Source: Guillardia theta CCMP2712
Taxonomy: Eukaryota > Protista > Cryptophyta
Direction of reading: 5' to 3'
Length of the DNA: 64,000 nt
NCBI RefSeq assembly: GCF_000315625.1
Contig: NW_005434509.1
Coordinates: 45,116 to 109,115, forward strand
Positions 1-11,200 of this stretch are shown in pieces. The translations under genes and the position numbers were made by a program. Positions within the stretch are counted from its first letter, which is position 1. The number at the start of each line of letters is the position of its first letter. The notes under the pieces were generated by a model. That model worked only from the letters and a program-made list of their open reading frames with translations. It was not told the origin of the DNA and made no database searches.

Positions 1-763
1 CTAACTTGCCTTACTTTCAAGGCTCGTCTGCGAATTGCGATTTCTCCCTCCTTGTCCCTCCCTCCGTCCCTCCCTCCCTCCCTCCGTCCCTCCCTCCCTC
101 TCCTCCTCGCACTCCGTACATGCTCTTCAACTCTTTTGAAAATAAGATCCTTGCTTTCGACTCAGCTTGAGCTGATATCTTGTGAGTCACGATTTTCTCA
201 AGTTCATTACTGGATCAACCCTCAGGTTTCTCTTAATAGATCATTTGATTTGCTCACTGTTCACATATCTCATCCTCAGCATGACCTTCTACACCGTCTC
301 AACAAGACACGCAGATCAAAGAACACTAAGACCAAACTCCTACACCCTGAGTCCTTACCCTTCTGCACTCCCATCATGTCCGCATGCATGTTGGTCCGCA
401 TGCCAGCTGCAGTGCAAGCGTCCATTGCTGCGACTCCTCTTGCGATGTGGCAGCTGCTTGCCTCTCCTGCTGGTACCGCAAAGTTGTAAATTCAAGGGCC
501 CAGTTGCTGCTTGTTTGCACAAGGAAATTCTCTGTTGCTGCTAGCAGATGCGCCTTGTCTCTCTTCTTGGCCTCCTCCAATGACATCTGGTGCTGCACGG
601 TCGACGAGGTGCTGGTATCATGCTCTTCCATGCGCACAATGGGGCCGCTGCTGAGATCCCCTCCTAGAATAGCGTCGAGGTTCTGGGCATGATGGCTGTA
701 TGCTCTCATGAAGTAGCGAGGCCCTGCCGCCATCATGGACGAAGTGAGCCTGAGGGCGATCAT
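1..763 (-). CDS. 5' part of a spliced hypothetical protein, possibly mitochondrion-targeted; continues beyond the window start
   Basis: ATG at 763 gives MIALRLTSSMMAAGPRYFMRAYSHH, an acid-free, Arg-containing presequence-like start with an R-x-Y|S motif, in an open frame to 374. A further exon at 120-209 (NELEKIVTHKISAQAESKARILFSKELKS) is bounded by ..ttgatccag and gtacgg on the minus strand. Exon joining was not fully resolved. Confidence 0.35.
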
Positions 764-919
764 GCGAAGAAACGAAGTTTCCACGAAGAAGTAGAAGGAT
801 GGGGGGGGGGCGGAATAAGTCCAATGGACAAGCAAAGGAGGAGATGAAAGCGGACAGTGAAATGAAGGAAGGGCAGCAGGTTGAAGGGAGAGAGGGAGGG
901 AGGGGAGGGAGGGAGGGGA

Positions 920-1019
920 NNNNNNNNNNNNNNNNNNNNNNNNNNNNNNNNNNNNNNNNNNNNNNNNNNNNNNNNNNNNNNNNNNNNNNNNNNNNNNNNN
1001 NNNNNNNNNNNNNNNNNNN
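920..1019. other. Assembly gap (100 N)
   Basis: Run of n next to a (GGGA)n microsatellite. Confidence 0.99.
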
Positions 1020-1199
1020 CGATTAGTGTTGCGGACACAATTATAAAATAGTGATATAATTTCAATGGTACAAAATATATTTAAAAGAATATATATTGGT
1101 ATAATCTTTTACAACAATACAAAATAACTACGAAGGGACAAGGTAAAAATATAATTACCTCCCATGATATATATATATATATGTATATTATTTGCTCCA

Positions 1200-1560
1200 A
1201 GGGCTGCATCTCTGGGACCAGTGGTGGTAGCACCGTTCGAAATTAAGTCAATGGTAGGGGTAGTATGCTGGGGTACTTAGTAGCTGGAAACGTGGGGGTG
1301 GGGGAATAATAGGGGTAATGGGGGTTGTTGAAACCGGAAGATTGGGGGCTGTAGTTGAGGGGGTAGGGTGGTCTTGGGGAATGGAAATTTGGCCGATATG
1401 GCCGGGGTGTTTGGTGAGGTATCACAAGGGTAGGTACGATTATGGTGGGTGGGGTAGTCAAGGGTAGGGTAATAGACAGGAAATCAGGGGGTACGTAGAA
1501 CACAAACAGGAGTAAAATACGGGGTAGGTATTTGAGTATGGTGGGGGGTGGGGACTGCGA
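1200..1560. promoter_or_regulatory. G-skewed GGGGTA/GGTAG/GGTAC non-coding island, preceded by an AT-rich block at 1020-1195, in a probable divergent promoter region
   Basis: Recurring ggggta, gggtag, ggtac and ggggtggggg words on the + strand with no credible ORF; lies upstream of the minus-strand gene starting at 763. Confidence 0.45.
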
Positions 1561-1969
1561 ATGATTGTTGTTCTTTGGCAGTTGATGCGCAGATCGACTG
1601 AAGTGGAGGATGGGAGGCGATGTTGGAAATGACGGGGTGCAGAGGATGCGATGGGGGAGATGAGGAGAATAGGAGCATGGAGAAAGAATAGAGCAGGAGT
1701 TCAAGAGGCAGGAGAGGGAGGGAGGGAGCGTAAGGGCGAGAGAGAGAGAGACGGGGGACACAGGAAAAGGATCCACGATTGCACAAGATTGATTTCTGAC
1801 TGTGAAAAAAATGGTCTAAGAGTATTAGAAACCATTCTTATGTATGAAAAAACGCTTGTGTGATTGATGTGTCAAAAAAAAAATTCGTGTATATTGAACA
1901 ACTTCTCTGTGTCTGACACGAAATTGCGACGTTGCTGTTTTCTTTTTAATTTTGACATTTATCGTGCAG

Positions 1970-2603
1970 GCGACCTGAGGGAATTGAGATTCTTTGGTTT
2001 ACAATACCATAACAGCTGTTGAACCATTTCAAAGATCTGGTCAACAGTTTAGGAGCTTGGTTGGACCAAGCGGAGAATTCATGAGAATCGGATTGTCTTT
2101 CAACGGTGGGTTCTTCAGTTCTGCTGCTACTTAGACACATCCCGACAATAGACAAGGAAAGGCAATAATTGGAGGGGCTTCATGGTTCATTGGAGGCCCA
2201 AGTCAGCAAAAGTATATCCGATCCAACTGGACTGCAACATCTTGGAATTTTCCGTTGTTAAAAACAATAAGGGTGCCCACGAGTTCTCGTCAAAAGTTCC
2301 TCATCCAATCGGTCTTGATGGAGAAGGGGCTGGAACGGGAATTGGAGGAACAGGAGGAGTGCAGGGAGGAGGCAAGGCAGCTGTACCTTTTGCACGGTCG
2401 CATTCGTGTCAAATGCCCTTGCAGTCAAAAATCAAGTGAGTGACTCCACGAGCAGCTCACTCGTGCTGACCTGACTTGTTTGCAGGCAGAGTGAGGTCGC
2501 GACGACGACTCGACCTGCCTCGAGGCAGTTTCAGCACAAGAGAGGCTCTGTGAGAGGGGCTGTAGGCATCAGTGTCATGAAGCAGCTCTTCTTCGGCTCC
2601 TGA
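1970..2603 (+). CDS. Possible spliced hypothetical protein; start not resolved
   Basis: Short GT-AG introns (for example 2436-2485, gtgagtgact..ctgacttgtttgcag) join open segments ..GEFMRIGLSFN / GFMVHWRPKSAK..GAHEFSSKVPHPIGLDGEGAGTG.. / QSEVATTTRPASRQ..KQLFFGS*. No family recognised. Confidence 0.25.
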
Positions 2604-2940
2604 TCCGCTGGTGTTAGGATCCGCAAAGGGACCGTGAGCCATTGCGAGGGTTGAGTTTTCTTTTGCTGTGTCCTGCCTTGATCAGCGGTGCTATGGCTTG
2701 GATTCACCCCATTTCTGGCTGCCCCTGGCATGGTCACACAATTGCTGGCTCCTGGGGGTGCGCCTCTCTTTTTCTCTAAGTCATTTACGACTGGCTCACC
2801 CTCCCCTACCGCATTTCTTGTTGTGATGGGGCAGGAACCCTCCCGAATCTCTTACTCCTTCTCTCCTTATCCTCCTTCCTCTTCCTCTCCTTATACTCCT
2901 TCTTACTCTCCCGGGCCTCCTCCATCGGCTGGTGTGCCAT
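2457..2940 (-). CDS. Possible small spliced basic, Lys/Arg/Glu-rich hypothetical protein
   Basis: ATG at 2940 gives MAHQPMEEARESKKEYKERKRKEDKERRSKRFGRVPAPSQQEMR followed by a gtaggg donor; downstream minus ORF 2457-2642. It points away from the 3520-4900 island, like the other divergent genes. Confidence 0.25.
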
Positions 2941-3519
2941 GCTGATTGATGGATGTTGATCGAAGTCTTGAAGGACGTTTGGGTCAACATTAGAGATGAA
3001 AGCACTTCGAGATGCCGGAAAAGAACATCTCGAGGCCACCTGTTTGGATGCAATCTTGTATTGGCTTGTTGGTTGTATCGTGCTGTGTTGTGTTGTGTTG
3101 GCTGTTGTGGTGGGAAGTCGAGGAAGTTCATCGATCCCTTTATTTCAAGCACTTGTGCAAGTCAATCTGAAGCCAGGTTTGACTAGGCAAGGGAGGAGAG
3201 AGATGGATTCGAATCCCAACAGGGGAAGATGAAGCAAAGATCGTCAGGTTTGAGATCGACGCCTTTGCATTCGACGTGTCAGCCTCATTCAGTCGTTTGA
3301 ACATGCAACCTACATGACAAAAATGCGGGAGGGGGATGATGATATCTTTAGTTAGGCTTGACTATTTTGATGTCAGCGATGAAGTATCATGCTGAGCTTG
3401 ATTTGATAATGAATCAGTTATACAAAGTTTGACCACACCGCGGATTTAAGTGACTTTCGAACTCGGAAAGCGCTATGCGCAGGTTTTGTGATCATTGAGT
3501 GGTAACAGGCTACCTGAAC

Positions 3520-4210
3520 CCGGTCAGCGGACACCGGGCGGCCGCCGCAGGCTCGTACATCGACGGTGGCGGCAGTACGGTGCTCCGCCGCCGGTACAGA
3601 ATCAAGTAACATTCAAGTAGTAAGCTGAGCATCATTGGCACTCCTCAGGGCCGGGCCGCGCAGGCCGGGCCCTGAGTCCGCATAGATCGGACGGCGTCGA
3701 TGATGCGTTTGCCGCGATGCAATGAACTTGAGTCGGAGTCCGATCACCGCGCAGACTCAGAGACCGCATCCGACTCACCGGGCTGAAGTTCACCGCCGGC
3801 ATCACTGATGAGAGTCATCGGGCGTCACTGATCTCAGGTGACTCCGAATCAAGTTCATCGCGGCAAACGCCGCATCATCGGCGCTGTCCGTCCGATCTAT
3901 TAGGCTAGCCGCCGGGCCCGAGTCGCGGGCCTTCACAGGCCGGGCCCGGGCCGGGCCCGGCCGCCGCGTGAGCCTGCCAGTCACTGAGTCTGGCACTGCG
4001 GCATGCTGGCCGGGCAATTGAGCAGCGGCCCGGCCCGGCTCTCAGTCCTTCCAAGTGACTGAACTGCCATCCGAAGTAAAGGCTGCGGCGCTGCCCGGCC
4101 CCGGCCCGGTGGCCCCGGGCCGCCCCGCCCGGCCGCCCCGGGCCCCGGCCCCGGCGCCGCCCGGCCCGGACTCTGGCCCCTCGGTCCTTGACGGCGCCCG
4201 GGGCCCGGCC
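3520..4210. promoter_or_regulatory. GC-rich CCGG/GGCC/GAGTC/GATC non-coding island
   Basis: Dense cccgg, ggccc, tgagtc/gactca, ccgat/gatc and tgaac/gttca words; the ORFs here are low-complexity Pro/Gly/Arg artefacts. Confidence 0.5.
3682..3900. repeat. Imperfect inverted repeat (arms 3682-3740 and 3840-3900, spacer about 100 nt)
   Basis: Left arm atagatcggacggcgtcgatgatgcgtttgccgcgatgcaatgaacttgagtcggagtc; reverse complement of right arm atagatcggacggacagcgccgatgatgcggcgtttgccgcgatgaacttgattcggagtc. Confidence 0.85.
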
Positions 4211-4870
4211 GCTGTACCCACGCACCCAGTGATGTTTAACTTAACTTTGACTAAAAGCTCTACTGTACCGTTAGGTTTTTGGAGTTCAAAAATGCCCTCA
4301 TATTTGCCAAGTAGTGGATACGTAGTACCGGTGGGGTCTTGTGGGCCAGGGTAGGGTGGGTAGTGGTAGACCATCGGATACCACACGTGAGCCCATCAGA
4401 CTATCAAGAACCGGGTTATTTATCATACGTGTTAGGATATCTGAGGGTGGGTGGTAGAATCCCTCAACCACCCTACCCTGCCCTTCATAAAGTAAATTAA
4501 TTTTATAGAAAAGGGGGGTAGACGAAGTCACAGTCTTCAGGGCAGTCGTCCAACAGGGGTAGTGGTACCTCCCTCCCTTCAAGAATCAGTGATTCCACAA
4601 CCAGGGTACTAGTAATGAGGAGGTAGGGTCATTGGGGAAGGGGGTAGTCACGTTCAAGGTCGCCCTCTACCCTTTAGACATTTGCGGTAGGCGGATGCCA
4701 CCTGCATGTCGATGTGGAGCGATTGGGGTGGGTGGTATTTTGGAGATGCGAGGGTGGGGTTATCTGAGGGGGGTAGGGATAGAGGGCGGCTATTGGTGTC
4801 TTAAAGAGGCTACCATTTGACCACCCCACCTTGGGAAATTAACAAAAGCTTGGAGATAGGCAGGGGTCCT
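4211..4870. promoter_or_regulatory. G-skewed GGGTAG/GTAC island directly upstream of the giant gene
   Basis: Repeated gggtag, ggggtag, gtacc and ggtggg words; abuts the GC-rich island; followed by an AT-rich stretch at 5070-5125 before ATG 5230. Confidence 0.5.
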
Positions 4871-5229
4871 ATGAAGATGGATGATTGCATGCTAACGGCT
4901 CTTTTCTAGGACCCTGCCGTAGAGATTCCTAGCATTGGACACCTCCTCTAAGACAAATTTCGTATGTAGCTATGGATTACTAGGACCCTCTAAGCACCCG
5001 AGGCTCGACTGATGTAATTGCGGAATATTCGAAAGAGGTGGGCTATGTGCACCCAAGCTACACGAAGTATTTTAGATAATAAATAAATGATATCTAATTT
5101 TCACTCAATAAATTTTTTAAATTGGCTTCAGCGGGGGTTAAGGTGAGTGCTTTGCATCTTATGTCAAGGACCTGATCGTGCATCGGGGATTGCCCGTGAG
5201 TGGAGGTTCAGCCGAGGCGAGGAGGCAGC

Positions 5230-8200
5230 ATGCAGGCAGCAAGAGGAAGGCGCCGGCACAGGCCGCGCGCGATGCTCTTGTTCTTGGTGTTTGCCCTAGG
5301 TAAAGTGAGAAAAGCTTGGGTTGTCACTTACTGCTACTGCTCTCCTAGGTTTGGGGACAGCGTTGTCGTCTCAACCTGTCATACCTTTCAACTGTGACGA
5401 CCCTCTAACGTGCTTCGATGGCTACCTGCATCCGCCATCCTACGTCACGGTCTGATCTCGCATTCCGATTGATCTTCTTTTCTTGATCATTTTTCCAGTG
5501 TATCGCATTGGGTCCACCAAACTCAACCACAATCCAACAATCTGATCCCACAGCAGCGTCATACACTCAGTCCAAGGGACAAATCAACACTCTATCAGGA
5601 CCGATCCCATTTCAGTTGTCTGCAGACAACATCTTCATTTGGTATCGCAAGGCTCTCAAATACCTTGGAGTGTGTATGGACTATCTTCACAGCACCACTG
5701 TCCCCAGGTATCTGGCTGTGAAGGGCCTGTTCTGTCACCTTGGTTGACCCCTTCTGCAGCATTAACGATCGAGTAAGCACCCTGGATCTGTTGTGTGCTG
5801 CCTACGTCGATCCAGCTACTGGAAAGAACCTGTGCACTGCCCTTCAGCAGAAAGCTGTCTGTGGTGTGGATGACAGCAGAGGACTCCATTACGTTCTGGT
5901 TGAAGCGCTTTGGGCTTCAGACTCTTCCATCAAGACAAGTCTGAGCAAAATGCTCTGCGATGGTTCCTGCATCAGAGACATAATTGATGTCTACACACCC
6001 ATCTTCCAGCAGTGGGGCTATTACGATGTATCAGTGGTTAACAAAATCGCTTCTTTGAACAGTTTGTGCAATGCAGATGTTCAGATCGATGGTTACTTCT
6101 ACGCAATGAGCTATGGTATGACAAGCCAAGTTCAGTGCAGCACCAACAACGTCACTCTTGCCTTCACTACATCCGTCACTCTACCAAAAGATTCGGTGTT
6201 GACCATCGTGGGAATCAACTCACCAATGTAAGTCAACACTTCATGGTTGGTTCAAACTCTAATGCATTGCTTTTTTTTCGCAGCGTTGGTGGATTATCTA
6301 AAGTGACTGAGGCTTCTAATCTGTTATCAGCTCGGAATGTGATAGATGCAAAATGCCAGGATTGGTGCAGCAGTTTTGGTCTATGTCCAACAGACGGGAA
6401 TGCTGCAGGCATTGGTTGCATCTCATGGAATTCGAATGCATCGGTAGGAATGCTCACAAATGAGCGATGTGCTAGATGGTGTGATGTACCTTCCGAGTTA
6501 ACGCTGAATGTGAAATCAAACATTGCACAGGGAACAAATCTGGTGATAACGATTCCCGTCAGGAACTCTCCTTACAAAATGCGTTCTTCTGTAGCGAAAG
6601 CGTCACTTGTTGCCTCTGGTGTTTTTATTCCAATCGCAAATTTCTCTTTTCCGGACAACTTCATGAGCAAGTTCATGCCTGAATTTACAGAATTTGCTGT
6701 TGCTGAATCCCAGTGCAATGCTGCAGTTTATGACCCTGCAACCAAGACTTGGACTGGCAACTGCGTTGGAATGAAAAACATCGTTTCGATTTCCTTCAAG
6801 TCAAATATTGACCTTGAGCCAGGAACCACGCTTACCATTCAGGGATTAGTTCGTTCCTCGACAGTTGCTTTGAATCCACCTACTTTTGTGGGTGTCACGC
6901 CAGTTGCAGTAGCGCTTTCGATTGAAGATTGGATTGTATCGACGGGCACAGTCATTCTCAAGATTGCTGGGGGATCGTCAACGTCAATGAAGGCGAATGT
7001 CCTACAGACTGTACAGCTTGCGTTTGATATGCCAACCAAACCAAGCTCAGATTCCACCGTACTCACCTTGAGTGCATCCAACATCGCAGGAATTGAAGCC
7101 TGCTCTTCCCTATCTACGACAATCCCAGCTACAATTCTGCAGTCGCAGGTTTTGACAACAACGCCGAAGATAGTTCTTGCCGAGCTTACTCAGAGTGACT
7201 GCAACCCTGCTTCCTGTGCATCGTTCGTCTTTTCTTTTGCAGTTAACTCTGAGATCACATACTTGAACAACCAATCCATCTACTCCTTCTACCTGGATGG
7301 CTTTAATGGATTCACTGGACCCTGCACATCACCATCTTGTGGATCTGCCTTGAATGTGATTACCCTGCTTGATGGAGTGTCAGGTCAGCTTGCTCACTTG
7401 CAAACTAATGGTACTAATGTCTGGTGCAGGTTCTAATGACAAATACTTGTTCGAACGCGTGTCATCGTCTGCACGCGCAGAAGCTGATTTTGATGCAGCC
7501 AATGGAACACTGCAGATGCATTTGTCGCGAGATGCGGTTTTGAAGCCTTACACTGTTTACTCTGTCAAATTCAATCTCAAGTCTGAATATCGTAATGTCA
7601 CCAGCAAGTTCTATGTAGAGGGCTTCTCCCAGTCGCACTCATACAGTCACTTGCCACAGGACTGTCTTTCAACCTCTCCTGATTGCACTGGAATGCAAAT
7701 TGTTACCAAGATTTTGAGCACTGCCTCGAATCAGCGCATGGGAGTTTGCGGACCTGAACTCGTGGCTCGTACCATCAAACAATCTTACCCATGGCCAGGT
7801 TGTGGAGGGCCAACGTCGTACACGCAATATACACTCAGCGATAGTGAGTATGTCCCGTCTGCTTTCAGAGCACAAGAGAAAAATCTGAACAACACACACA
7901 ACACTTTCACTCTCAGCTTCACTCCAAATGTGGATGTCCCATCTTCTGCAATGGTCACTTTGTACAACTTGCAAGGCATAGTACGTATCTCGAATGACGT
8001 GGTGGGACTCTACCGTCAGATCAATGAAAACACTACTCGTTTCGAACCCTTGAACTCTGTCATCAACAGTACTCAAAGGGATGTTGTATTTATGCTGATT
8101 AACAACGTCACTGCCAACACTGAGCACACTATAGTGTTTCAGGTCACGAATGATGTAATCCAGTCCACTCCAAGCCCAATTTCAATCAGCATAGCATGGA

Positions 8201-11200
8201 AAGTTGATGGTAAAAATATCATGATACCTAAAGTAGTTCTGAAGGATGCTGTTGTGTCTGCCAGCGACTTCGTTACTGTTGCAGACCTTGTGGCTTCCAG
8301 AGTCAATGCCCCGGCATGGATCATTCGCAAGATCAAGCAAAGCACGCCGTTCCCGAACACCAACAATACCATCTCAGTGGAGCTGGCTGCTAACGTGGAG
8401 TTTCGCCAGGGAGCCAAAATCACGCTTAGGGGCCTGGTAGGAAGTCAGACTGCATCTACAACTCAGCTGATGATAACGAGTACTGGCGTCGCTCTCAACC
8501 AATACGCTACCTGGGACAAGGATACAGGAAAAATTGTTGTAACTCTTGCGGGGCCATATGACCCTTATGCGTCAAACTCAAACAAAATCATGTTCTCCTT
8601 CACCATTTTGAACCCTTGCTCCTGTCATATGAGCCAGGACATCTACGTCGACGTAAACGACAATGCTTTCGCCGTCACTGCCTCGTACGCTTGCCAAGTT
8701 GTCAACTACACGGAATCAGTTGTCACAAACTGGACTGAGACATACTACCTTGATGGAACCTGCAAGAATACCCGTGAAATGTCGAATGTCACCAACTACA
8801 CAATGACCAAGAATGGATCTTGCACTTGGACAGCCCAGGCTTCTGGAAATGACTGCTCGCTGCCCCCAGAAGCCATGATGGTTCTCGCAACTGTGTCCCC
8901 CAGCTGCAAGAAGTGTCCTCCTGCGGATTGCACCGACTGCGCCAAGTGCAATGTTTGCGGCGATTGCAAGACAGACTGTGTCAACAACGATTACTTCCCT
9001 CTTCAGGTTCACAAACCTGCTTTCTTGACCAAAGAGGTCTACCAGTCTTCCAGCGTTCCAGGAGCGGACAATGAAATCACCGTCATCTTCTCAACAAACC
9101 TTGACCTGCCGTCCACAGCTAAGGTGGAGGTCTCCGGGTTTGCAGGAGCCATTTGGAAGTCCTCAGCAACTCCAAGTGCCTTGACAACTGTGAGCGGAGT
9201 TGTTCCATCGGACAAGACTGACAAGACCAACTACACTTTGGGCTCTTTGAATTTGAGCACAGTGACCTGGGACGACAAGACACAGACCGCGACCCTCGCT
9301 CTCTCTGACGGCACGTCAGCATCAACTCTCTATGCGTTCAAGTTCACTGTGACGAACCCAAGTGTTGCGCAGCGAGCCCCTGAGTTGCAGATCTGGGCTA
9401 CCAATGTGTGCAACTGCCAAGGAACCACAGGAATCGACAAATGCTGTGTGATGTATGATTCGAAAGATACTGCCATGCAACCTATGGCCGTTGATTATCC
9501 CAAGTTCGAGGGCATGTCGATGTCGCAATCGTCACCTCACATCTCTGCCCTCAACACCCTCACCCTCCAATTCAAAGTTAACATGGCCTTGTCCTATCCC
9601 AACAAGATCACCGTTGCTGGTCTTCTGGGCAGCACAACCCCCAAGAATTCTGCGATCAAGATCACTGTCATTACCGGGGGGGCTGTAATTGACGATTATG
9701 GATCTTGGGATCCTGAAACTGGGCATCTGATCCTTTCGTTGGGTGAAAACCAGAAGTTGGCCGCGAATTCTTCGTGCAAAGTTTCGTTTGAGTTGCAAAA
9801 CCCTCCGTATGAGCAGAATTCTCCCACCATCGTTATCTCAAGCAAAGGATTCCTTCCACAGGTTGTTGACGCGGGCACAGTCCAGGACAGCAAGCCCCTG
9901 TTCGTTAAGAGACCGGAAATCAAGGCAACGGTTGTGCAGAGCACCACTGAACCTGGCGCTCTGAACACAATCACGGTCACTTTGAACTCTAACACTCCCA
10001 TCCGTCCTTCGACCAGATGCAGTTTCCAGACTGGACTTGACTGTCAAAGACAATCTAGATTCATCATCAGGGGCTTGAACGGTGCAAAAGCGCAGGATGG
10101 CCCCCTTGCGATTTACTCGAACAGCAGCTCTACTATGTTGCTCAAGTCTTCCCCCCAGGGAGTTCCTGGCACTGGCATGTGGAACTCGACCAATTTCTCG
10201 CTCACCTTGTATGTGGTTGGCACTCTGAGTGCTGATGAGAATCATGTCTTCTCCTTCAAGGTGCACAACCCTAACCTCGGACAAACTTGCTCACCCACGG
10301 AAATCCTGGCTGAATACTTGGAGTTCGAGATCGAGGGCTGCACTTTGGACATCGATACGAACCAGAGGTACTATGTTGTTCCCTCATACGTCCCCTGCAC
10401 TTCTGGAGTTGGCAATGCCTGCGCCATCACAGTTGTTCCGCCTAAATTCACCGTGAGCTCGATCGCCGACTGCTCTGATGTTGTGGGTGCAATCAACACT
10501 GTCACCATGTACATCGCAGCGAATGTGCCTTTCAAGAGTGGTGACATGCTCGAGATTGAGGGGCTGCAGAACTTCGTTATGAAGGACGTCGTCGCTTTGA
10601 CAGGAAAGGATGCTGCTTTCTTTTCTGGGATCGCACGTTTTGATCTCTTCAACAAGATTCTCCACCTTGAGTTCGGTTCTGGAGCCGATGTATCTGCTGG
10701 TCAAATTTTGACTGTCGAAATGCAGCTGCAGAACTCCAAGATCCCTCGCTTTGGAAGTGAGCTCTACATCTGGCTGCGAGGCAATAACTTCGTAATTCCC
10801 CGAACAAAGATGTCTGGCCAGGTTCTGGCTTCCAGATTCAACGCTTCGTTCGAAACTGCCATGGTTTCAGAGTCTATGTCTGTGCAAGGATCTTGGAACA
10901 TCATCTCCGTCTTGTTGAAGACAAACACGTACCTCCGCCCTGGAACTCAGATTGTCATCTCTGGATTCGCCAGCACACATTTCTCGAAGTTCATGATTCC
11001 TTCATCTTCTGTACGAGGAGACGAAGGTTTTTATGGTGCTGGCTCAATCAACCTTGGTACCAACGGCCAGTTCCTCGCTAATGCCAGCTGGGATGCTTCT
11101 ACCGGTACCATCACTGGTCACATTCACTCTACATGGCATGCACACTCATCACGACTCATCGCGTTCCCAGTGCTGAACAATCGTGCTCCTAACAGTGCCC

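Noticed and set aside
3336-3395. ATGATGA...CTGA spacing resembling a box C/D snoRNA
   Set aside because: No terminal stem and no guide complementarity to rRNA or snRNA that I can recognise
3802-4820. Pro/Gly/Arg-rich and Tyr/Pro-rich ORFs in the islands (also 1243-1786, 43726-44499, 50518-51070)
   Set aside because: Products of low-complexity island vocabulary, with no splice structure or domain signal
6444-6497. Possible additional in-frame 54-nt intron (gtagga..ccgag) in the giant gene
   Set aside because: Not needed to maintain frame and has a weak GAG acceptor; cannot be decided without cDNA
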